The notes beneath the pieces are model-generated. The model saw nothing but the letters and a program-made list of their open reading frames with translations. It was not told the origin of the DNA and ran no database searches. Source: Vampirovibrionaceae bacterium NZW_1234 (lineage in GTDB: Bacteria > Cyanobacteriota > Vampirovibrionia > Vampirovibrionales > JAGQHJ01). From it: a stretch of DNA of 64,000 nt. Each line of letters opens with the position of its first letter. Position 1 is the first letter of the stretch. Of this stretch, positions 51,442 to 59,232 are shown piece by piece. A program made the position numbers and the translations under genes. The stretch is taken from assembly GCA_041697335.1 (NCBI GenBank), contig JBGUGD010000025.1, positions 131,764-195,763 of the forward strand. Direction: 5' to 3'.

Positions 51442-53424
51442 GTGGTTTTGCGTGTGGATTCGCTGACAACATCTGGAAGCATACGTCAGAATGTACAAGA
51501 GGTCCTTGTGTCCTCACCTTTGTTTTTACAGAGGCCAAGTACACTTTATTCGCCGGTCGTGGATTCGGTTGCCTTCTCGGGCAGAGGCAAGAAAAACAGA
51601 CGTGTTAAACGTTTTCCAGATATTCACCCTCCGCCAATCCCCCAAGGCGAACCGGCACCGGGCATTTTTACCGTCGCTATGCCAGACACCGGCCTACCCC
51701 TCCAGTTTTATCTCAAGACCAGCAAAAGCAAAGCCCCTGGTACTGTAAGCTATGAATGGGAAGATCACCGTATCGGTTCTCAACAATTGGATGTCACCCA
51801 TAGGGTGTCCATGGAGCTACAGGTGCAAGGCCGAAAGCACCTCAAAAAACAGGGCATGAATGCATACAGTTACGATGGGCTTCCTGCCGGAGGGCCGGTC
51901 ACGCGTCTGGACATCCGGAATATTTCAATGCCCTATGAGTCCGAAGAGATGAAACAAACAGTATTACCGGCCTTACTGGAGTATGCGGTGTATAAGAGTC
52001 GGGAACTGGGTATGGAGGGTCGGGTATCCTGGACCTTTAGAAAAGACAACTGGGCCTGGTACACCACGGCTATGAATGCGGGTTTTGTCCCCCGCCCGGA
52101 GCGGGAAACCCCACAGAAGCAGCCTTCAAAAACGATGACGATGACGTTGCCCTCTGCGCATATCCAACGCATCCTGAAATCTCCCAGGTACCATCTTCCG
52201 GTTAATGCTGCCGTTGTCATTCCCAATCCGCTACTTTTTCCCAAGCCGGAGTTCTGGGCCCTGCCTGTGCCCAAGACTCAAACACCATGGCTGAGCTTTG
52301 ACACGCAAGGTGAGGCAAAGCCTGTTTCGACGGCCTCAACCGGACCAACGCTGATGGTTACACCCAATGGTCATGCTTATCTGTATCCCGGCACCGGCGA
52401 CAATCCAAAAGCCACCCTCGTGTCCCGATCCGTCACGCTTGCGGACAGCCCCATCCGACTGTATACCGAGGATGAATTCCAGATAGGGAACAAGGTTTAC
52501 CTGTTGAGTGCGGCCGGTCTCCACCTGCTGACCAGTCAAGCCGAGGTATACCGTTCTATGTTCCCCACCGGGCTCAAGGATCTCCAGTTCCAACAAGGCA
52601 AAATTGGAAATTGCTTCTTTCTGGCAGCCGTCAAAGCATTGACGTATCATCCGCAGGGTAAAGTCACTTTGGCCAATCTCCTAAAATCTCATACCGATGA
52701 GCGCGTCACCCTGCGCCTTACAGCATTTCCTGAAAATCCATTTACCCTGAGCCCCGATACCAGCTATGTGCCCAACGGCGTCAAAACACCGAACCCGGCG
52801 TTAAAACTGCTTGAAGAGGCCTTTGGCCGGTTGCGCCGTCAGTTTGGCTGGGGAGGGAGGTCACTGTCGCATGATCTGTCCAAGTGGCTTGATGGCGGAG
52901 ACCCGGCAGATAGTCTTTACACCCTTACAGGCTGGCCTACGGAGTATTACAGCGGTACTGAGCGCCATACCAAGGCCAAACCCAGATCGGGGAATGTGAC
53001 GTTCTCTGATATCGAAGATGACCATGGTTCCTCTTGGCGAGCCTTATGCGCCTACCTGGATCATCTGGCCGACAACCCCGAGAAATATATCGTGACTGCC
53101 GACACCCCCGAACGTCGTAAAACCTACCATAATCTCATTCGTGGTGGGTTTGTCGACCCCGATTGCCGACTGCTGGAAAACCATGCATTCGCCGTTTGCC
53201 GCATTAACAAAGCGCAAAGAACGCTGACCATTGTCGATCCCCATTATGCCGGTGACAACGCCAGCGAAATTACTCTCAGATATGCCGATGCATATTATTA
53301 TTTCTCCGGGTTTAACGTGGCCCGAGTGCCCCAGGAGTATCATTTTAAACCTGTCGTTCTCCCCGAGAGCGCCCCAAAACGATGGCTCTATCGGGTCGCC
53401 CTATTTTTAAGCCGATTCATGTGA
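51442..53424 (+). CDS. GNAT-like + FHA-like + calpain-like cysteine protease
   Basis: QGKIGNCFFLAAV, LLEEAF, GGDP..LYTLTG, HAF, DPH; leader DSVAFSG. Confidence 0.8.
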   Translation: MVLRVDSLTTSGSIRQNVQEVLVSSPLFLQRPSTLYSPVVDSVAFSGRGKKNRRVKRFPDIHPPPIPQGEPAPGIFTVAMPDTGLPLQFYLKTSKSKAPGTVSYEWEDHRIGSQQLDVTHRVSMELQVQGRKHLKKQGMNAYSYDGLPAGGPVTRLDIRNISMPYESEEMKQTVLPALLEYAVYKSRELGMEGRVSWTFRKDNWAWYTTAMNAGFVPRPERETPQKQPSKTMTMTLPSAHIQRILKSPRYHLPVNAAVVIPNPLLFPKPEFWALPVPKTQTPWLSFDTQGEAKPVSTASTGPTLMVTPNGHAYLYPGTGDNPKATLVSRSVTLADSPIRLYTEDEFQIGNKVYLLSAAGLHLLTSQAEVYRSMFPTGLKDLQFQQGKIGNCFFLAAVKALTYHPQGKVTLANLLKSHTDERVTLRLTAFPENPFTLSPDTSYVPNGVKTPNPALKLLEEAFGRLRRQFGWGGRSLSHDLSKWLDGGDPADSLYTLTGWPTEYYSGTERHTKAKPRSGNVTFSDIEDDHGSSWRALCAYLDHLADNPEKYIVTADTPERRKTYHNLIRGGFVDPDCRLLENHAFAVCRINKAQRTLTIVDPHYAGDNASEITLRYADAYYYFSGFNVARVPQEYHFKPVVLPESAPKRWLYRVALFLSRFM

Positions 53425-53477
53425 CCTGCCCTCAACGCAATCGTCTTTCGATGACAATCCACGTCGGAGCATAGAGA

Positions 53478-54716
53478 TTACATGAGGCGATAGTGGGGGT
53501 ATCGGGCTTTAAAAGCGGTTATGGCGTCATCGGCTTGGGCTTGAAACTGGGGCATCAGTGCCATGGCGACATAATTTTCCTTGGAAGACATTCGGGTGAC
53601 GGCAGGCAAAAGATGATGATACAGACATGTGGTTTCAAGCCCCAATGGGGTCCGATCCGGGTCCAGGTCGTCTCGTCGCCACTCTTCACCGAAACTGCGC
53701 GCGGCCATTCTCGAGAGCCGCACAATTCCTTCATCCATCAATATATCGAGGACAGCTTCGTGATCATCACTGTTCACAAGTTTCGGCGGTGTTTTGTCCT
53801 GCCATGTCCTGACCAGAGAACTGACTCGGGGAAAGGGGAATGTTTTCGAGGATTCCAAGGTATCCACCAACTGACGCACCAATTCCTGGCGGACCTCACG
53901 ACAAGGGGCGATGGCATCCGCAGCATAAGGATTTCCCTTACCTGCCAACGTAGGTAAATGATGTTGCATCAGCGCCGAAACAAGCCGAATCTCCATTGCC
54001 AGCCGCATCGGTGCCGGCATAGACACTTGCTCCGAATTGTCGAATGGGTTTTCCGTATACGTATTGTATTTGGCTTCATACAGTTTCTGGGTCAGCAGCA
54101 TGGACAAATCCCGTGCTGCTTTTCGGTTCGGATTCCGAATATCCGAAGGCACCTCGGGCTTAATGGCCTGGACCAGCTTCAAAAGATTCTGGTAAGGAAA
54201 AATCGAGGGATTTTGCATCAGGGTCATAAACGACTCCTGAAGTTTTTCCCGGGCTGTATCGGCCAGGCGCAACCCCTCCAAAGCAAAGGGATTCTGTTCT
54301 TCTTTCAACAGTCTCATCAGGCCTGGATAAATATCATCCCGCAGGGTTTGCAGTTGCAGATGATGCATTTCCCACTCTGGAATGCGACGCCCCTGACGAA
54401 CAGTGCTTCGCATCCCAAATTCCGCATATAGCTCATTGACCCCTTGACGAAGTACAGCCAGCACCTGCTCATGGTCATGATCCAGTCCCCCGTCCGGGGA
54501 TGGCGGAAACCCATGAACCAACGCACTCATCAACGGAAACACCAAGCCGGGGGAGGCCGACGCCGGATTTGAGGATCGGGCCACCGAGGCAAAACGCACG
54601 AAGACATCTTCCACCTTGGTGTTCGAGGCATTCCGTCTCAGAACATTGGGAGATAACGTCACTGTCGGACGCTGGTGAGCTTTGGTGAATCCTGGCAATG
54701 AAAGCGGATCTGTCAT
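53478..54716 (-). CDS. Helical-repeat hypothetical protein with leader
   Basis: Three diverged ~110-aa repeats with NPFA / NPYA / NYVA; leader DVFVRFAS. Confidence 0.7.
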   Translation of the reverse strand: MTDPLSLPGFTKAHQRPTVTLSPNVLRRNASNTKVEDVFVRFASVARSSNPASASPGLVFPLMSALVHGFPPSPDGGLDHDHEQVLAVLRQGVNELYAEFGMRSTVRQGRRIPEWEMHHLQLQTLRDDIYPGLMRLLKEEQNPFALEGLRLADTAREKLQESFMTLMQNPSIFPYQNLLKLVQAIKPEVPSDIRNPNRKAARDLSMLLTQKLYEAKYNTYTENPFDNSEQVSMPAPMRLAMEIRLVSALMQHHLPTLAGKGNPYAADAIAPCREVRQELVRQLVDTLESSKTFPFPRVSSLVRTWQDKTPPKLVNSDDHEAVLDILMDEGIVRLSRMAARSFGEEWRRDDLDPDRTPLGLETTCLYHHLLPAVTRMSSKENYVAMALMPQFQAQADDAITAFKARYPHYRLM

Positions 54717-54861
54717 CACATTCCTTCTTAAACATGGTTTGTCTACAGAAGATAGAACAACAGACCTGTTGCAAAATTGCGCCGACGGCATCCATTATGA
54801 AGTGCTTGTGACAAACCTAAAGAGGGACTCTTGACGAGCCCCTCTGTGATCCAACAGCCTA

Positions 54862-55065
54862 CTAAGCGTCATATACCAGTCGATACAGAACTGATTCGAT
54901 ATCGAAATTCCCTGTCTGACGTTGTCCCGAAGAGCCACCCCGCAACATTCCCAGGAGATTGAGTTCTCCGGGGCCTGTGAGAATGGCTTTGGCGAACTGG
55001 CCTTTCATCTCCGCACTTGGGCCATACCCAGATAACGGGGAAGACGCACCATTCACATTCGCCAT
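54862..55065 (-). CDS. Small hypothetical protein
   Basis: AGGGAG RBS; hairpin AGAGGG/CCCTCT downstream at about 54821-54845. Confidence 0.6.
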   Translation of the reverse strand: MANVNGASSPLSGYGPSAEMKGQFAKAILTGPGELNLLGMLRGGSSGQRQTGNFDIESVLYRLVYDA

Positions 55066-55250
55066 AGACACACACTCCCTATTTGTCTGACCTTTGTTAT
55101 TTAAATAAAAAATATATCTTTTGGATAATTGCGCGTCAAGAAGAAAAAAACTAAAACAAACCAGGCCAACTAACCGGAGACCCTCTTCCAGAATGATTGA
55201 GAGCGAAGTTACATTTCGTTACACGACACGAGGTTCAAATGCAGGGACGC

Positions 55251-58200
55251 TTAAGACACCATCGATAGCTCTGGAGACAGTGGAGCAGAGTTATCAGGAT
55301 GAGACTCTTCGGGCAAGGTTGGGGCCAAGGGCAACGGCATGTCCTGATGAAACTCGAGGACATAGCGGAAGTGATCGTCCATTAATGGACGAAGTGCTTG
55401 AACCGCCGCTTGGGAATCGACCCAGAATTGCTGTCCCACCACCATGCGAGTCCGATCCGGCCAGTGCAGCACGACCGGGTCCTCCCCCTTGCATTGGCGG
55501 AATATTTCCCGCAAATACGCCACATCCTCGTAGCGAGGAGCCTGCTTAAACTTCAACTCCAGTACCTGCAACTGTTCCAGCGGGCGCATGGTGTTCACCA
55601 CGATACTGTAGGAATCATCTCCCCGAAATTGCAGCTTGCCGGAAATCACCACCTTGCCGCCATCCACCAGAAGCTCGGCGAACTTCTCGATAGAATCGCT
55701 AAAGGCTACAAATTCCACACTGCCCGAGAGGTCTTCCAGTTGCCCGATACGCATCGGTTTATTGGTCTTGGTAATCTTGTGGACCATGGACGTAATCAGC
55801 CCCGCCAGTATTACGTGAGTGCCGTCACTGAGTTCACCCAGTTCCTTCACCGAGGCCGTCGCCGCCAGGGGAATCACATCAATCACGTCATCCAAGGGGT
55901 GCGAGGTGACATAGGAACCCAACAGCTCCTTTTCCGATTTTTGGATCTCTTTAGGCGTGAATTCATCCGGCTCGGAGGTCAGTACAAGAGCTTCTTTATA
56001 GCCGGTGTCCTCGGCGCCACCACCGCCACCCAACGCGGCAAATAAACTCACCTGACCCGTCTCCCGCCGCTCGGCCAGACGAGCGGCATATTGGTACAGG
56101 GTATCGATATTGTTAAACAGCTGCTTTCGCGAGATACCAAAGGAATCAAAGGCACCCACCAGGATCAGGCTTTCCAGATTCCGGCGATTCACGGTTTTCA
56201 TGTCCACCCGCTCGCAGAAATCTTCCATCGAGGTAAATTCGCCCTTGTCGCGCCGGGATTCCAGGATCCGATCCACCACGGCTTCACCCACGTTTTTAAT
56301 GGACGCGAGGCCAAAACGGATGTCCTGGCCGTCGGGGGTGAAATCGGCATCGGACTTGTTGATGTCCGGCGGCAACACGTTGATACCCATCTTGCGGGCC
56401 GTCAGAATATAAAGCTGAATCTTGTCCAGATCACTGCTGACACTCGACAGAAGGGCCGAGAGATATTCCACCGGGTAATGGGTTTTCAGCCACGCCGTCT
56501 GATAGGCGACAAAGGCATAGGCTGCCGAGTGAGACCGGTTAAAGCAGTACTTGGCAAACTCGGTCATATCATCAAACAGGTCGTTGGCAACTTTTTCGGG
56601 GATGTTGTTATTAATGGCCCCTTCCAAAAAAGTGGCCCGCTGCTTGTTCATTTCCTCTTCTTTTTTCTTCCCCATCGCCCGACGCAGCAAATCCGCTTGT
56701 CCCAGCGAATAGCCGCCCATCACCTGAGCAATCTGCATGATTTGCTCCTGATAAACGATGGTTCCGTAGGTGTCTTTCAGAATGGGTTCCAGACAGGGGT
56801 GCGGGAACTCAACCTTGGATTTTCCGTGTTTGCGTTTGACGAACTCTTCCACCATGCCGGAGTTCAAGGGTCCCGGACGAAACAGCGCCACCAACGCGTT
56901 GATGTCTTCGAAGTTCGTGGGCTTCAGCTCCTTCACCAGGGCTTTCATCCCGCCGGATTCCAACTGAAAGACCCCATCGGTCTGACCGGCCGAGAGCATC
57001 TTGAACACTTGGGCATCGTCCAGCGCCAAGTGACTCAGGTCCAGGGTTTCATTCTTGTGCTTTAGGACCAGCCGCACCGTATTTTCCATAATGGTCAGGT
57101 TGCGCAGGCCCAGAAAGTCCATTTTCAGAAGCCCCATCTTGGCCACGTCGTCCATGGAGAACTGGGTTACGACTTGGCCTTCTTTGGAATGTTGAAGCGG
57201 GGCAACCTCATCAAGGGGATCCTTGGAGATCACGACACCGGCTGCGTGAACCCCGGTGTTGGAGTTCACCCCTTCAATCTGCAAGGCCAGATCAATGACT
57301 TCCTTAACCTTGGGATCGCTTTCATAGAGCTTGCCCAGCTCGGTTTCCGGGGCAATGGCATCTTTCAGCTTGGTCCCTGGGGTCGCCGGAATCAGTTTGG
57401 CCCACTTGTCGCTTTCGGCAAAGGGGATTTCCATCACCCGGGCGACGGCCTTTAAGGCCGCTCGGGCCGCCAGGGTCCCAAACGTAATAATCTGAGACAC
57501 CCGCTCCTTGCCATACAGGTCCGTAACGTACTGAATCACCTGTTCCCGCTTGGCGATACAGAAGTCGATATCAATATCGGGCATGCTGATCCGCTCGGGA
57601 TTTAGAAAGCGCTCAAACAGCAAATTGTGCTCGATGGGGTCAATATCGGTAATCCCCAGCACAAAGGCGACGGCGCTCCCGGCTGCAGACCCCCGCCCGG
57701 GCCCAACGGGAATATCGTTCTTGCGGGAGTAGTTCATGAAATCCCACACAATCAGGAAGTAGGCCGGGAAGCCCATGTGGTTGATGACATCCAGCTCCAG
57801 ATGCAGCCGTTCGCGAATCTCGTCGGTTACCGCCGGATAGCGTTCCTCGGCACACTTGAACACCAGCTCTTCCAGATACGTGGCGGGTGTCATGCCTTCA
57901 GGCACCGGGTAATCCGGCAGAATCGATTTTTCCAGTTCCAGTTCCAGATTGCATTTGTCGGCAATGGTCAGGGTCATATCAATGGCCCGGTCCACAATGT
58001 CCCGATCGAGATTAAAGAACCCTTGAGCCACTTCGTCCCCGTTTTTCACATAAAACGTCGGCCCCGAAAAGCGGTTTCGGGAGGGATCGTTCAGGGTCTT
58101 GCCGTTTTGCAGACAGAGGATAATATCGTGCATGGTGGCGTGTTCGGCCTTGGGGTAATAACTGTCGTGGGTGGCCACCAGTTCAATGCCCAGTTCCTTG

Positions 58201-58775
58201 CCGATTTGCACCACTTCGGCATTCATCCGATGCTCGGCTTCATTGCCGTGGTCCTGGATTTCCAGGTACAGATCCTCACCAAAGACCGACTTCAGGAAGC
58301 GGGCGCGTTCGCGGGCTTCTTCCGGATTGTTTCGCAAAATCGGATGCCCCAGCGGCCCGGTCATCCCGGAAGTCAAGCACACCAGCCCGGCAGAGTATTC
58401 GGCCACCTGCTCCCAGTTCACCCGGGGTTTATAGTAGAAGCCTTCCAGCTGGCCCTTGGAGACCAGCTTCACCAGATTCTGATAGCCCTGGTAATCCTTC
58501 ACCAGGAGAACCAGGCGATAGTTCTGGCGCTTGGTCACCCGATCCGTCGGATCGCCGTCAATCACATAGAGCTCGCACCCGATAATCGGCTTAATTCCTG
58601 CAGCCCTGGCCTTCTGATACAACTCCAGCATGCCATACATCACGCCATTATCCGTAATGGCCACGGCCGGCATATCGTTTTGCACGGCAATATCAATTAA
58701 CTGGGGAATCTTGGTGGCCCCTTGCAGAATACTGTAGTGCGTATGAACGTGGAGCGGTACATAGGGTCTGGGCAT
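55251..58775 (-). CDS. dnaE: DNA polymerase III alpha subunit, unsplit and intein-free
   Basis: PHP LHVHTHYS, GPGRGSAAGS, MPDIDIDF, LLKMDFLGL, FAKYCFNRSH. Confidence 0.98.
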   Translation of the reverse strand: MPRPYVPLHVHTHYSILQGATKIPQLIDIAVQNDMPAVAITDNGVMYGMLELYQKARAAGIKPIIGCELYVIDGDPTDRVTKRQNYRLVLLVKDYQGYQNLVKLVSKGQLEGFYYKPRVNWEQVAEYSAGLVCLTSGMTGPLGHPILRNNPEEARERARFLKSVFGEDLYLEIQDHGNEAEHRMNAEVVQIGKELGIELVATHDSYYPKAEHATMHDIILCLQNGKTLNDPSRNRFSGPTFYVKNGDEVAQGFFNLDRDIVDRAIDMTLTIADKCNLELELEKSILPDYPVPEGMTPATYLEELVFKCAEERYPAVTDEIRERLHLELDVINHMGFPAYFLIVWDFMNYSRKNDIPVGPGRGSAAGSAVAFVLGITDIDPIEHNLLFERFLNPERISMPDIDIDFCIAKREQVIQYVTDLYGKERVSQIITFGTLAARAALKAVARVMEIPFAESDKWAKLIPATPGTKLKDAIAPETELGKLYESDPKVKEVIDLALQIEGVNSNTGVHAAGVVISKDPLDEVAPLQHSKEGQVVTQFSMDDVAKMGLLKMDFLGLRNLTIMENTVRLVLKHKNETLDLSHLALDDAQVFKMLSAGQTDGVFQLESGGMKALVKELKPTNFEDINALVALFRPGPLNSGMVEEFVKRKHGKSKVEFPHPCLEPILKDTYGTIVYQEQIMQIAQVMGGYSLGQADLLRRAMGKKKEEEMNKQRATFLEGAINNNIPEKVANDLFDDMTEFAKYCFNRSHSAAYAFVAYQTAWLKTHYPVEYLSALLSSVSSDLDKIQLYILTARKMGINVLPPDINKSDADFTPDGQDIRFGLASIKNVGEAVVDRILESRRDKGEFTSMEDFCERVDMKTVNRRNLESLILVGAFDSFGISRKQLFNNIDTLYQYAARLAERRETGQVSLFAALGGGGGAEDTGYKEALVLTSEPDEFTPKEIQKSEKELLGSYVTSHPLDDVIDVIPLAATASVKELGELSDGTHVILAGLITSMVHKITKTNKPMRIGQLEDLSGSVEFVAFSDSIEKFAELLVDGGKVVISGKLQFRGDDSYSIVVNTMRPLEQLQVLELKFKQAPRYEDVAYLREIFRQCKGEDPVVLHWPDRTRMVVGQQFWVDSQAAVQALRPLMDDHFRYVLEFHQDMPLPLAPTLPEESHPDNSAPLSPELSMVS

Positions 58776-59232
58776 CGATAAACTCTCGCTCGGCTCTCTA
58801 GAACAGTAAAACGACGGAATATCTTGTTAAAAGGCCCTACACGGTCCCGGTCGAACCAAGGCTCCCGCGATGCAAGGCAAGGATGACACGCTCGTCCATG
58901 GGGTCACCCGCTGTTTCATAATCCTCCTGGGATCCGTCTCATCCTATTCTGCCATACGTCCCCATCCAATCCCAAGCGCTTCCCCTACTACGTGGCATGT
59001 AACAGTTACATTTCCCAACGCGGTCCCTTCAACCCGCCAGGCGCCCGCATCCACATCCGGAGCAACAATACCACATTGTAAACACCCATTTACACAGTCC
59101 ATCCGGAGCAAATACAGCGATTTACCTTGAAAACCGCTAATCTAGCGCTTCATATTTCCAAACACACCTTCAGATTTATACGCATGAGCCGATACCCAAC
59201 GCATGTCGTGCAGCGATCAAGGTGTGCCATTG

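Noticed and set aside
55398..58700. Long plus-strand ORFs (215-357 aa) opposite dnaE, and similar ones opposite carB, ilvB and mnmA
   Set aside because: Antisense shadows of real genes with no recognisable motifs
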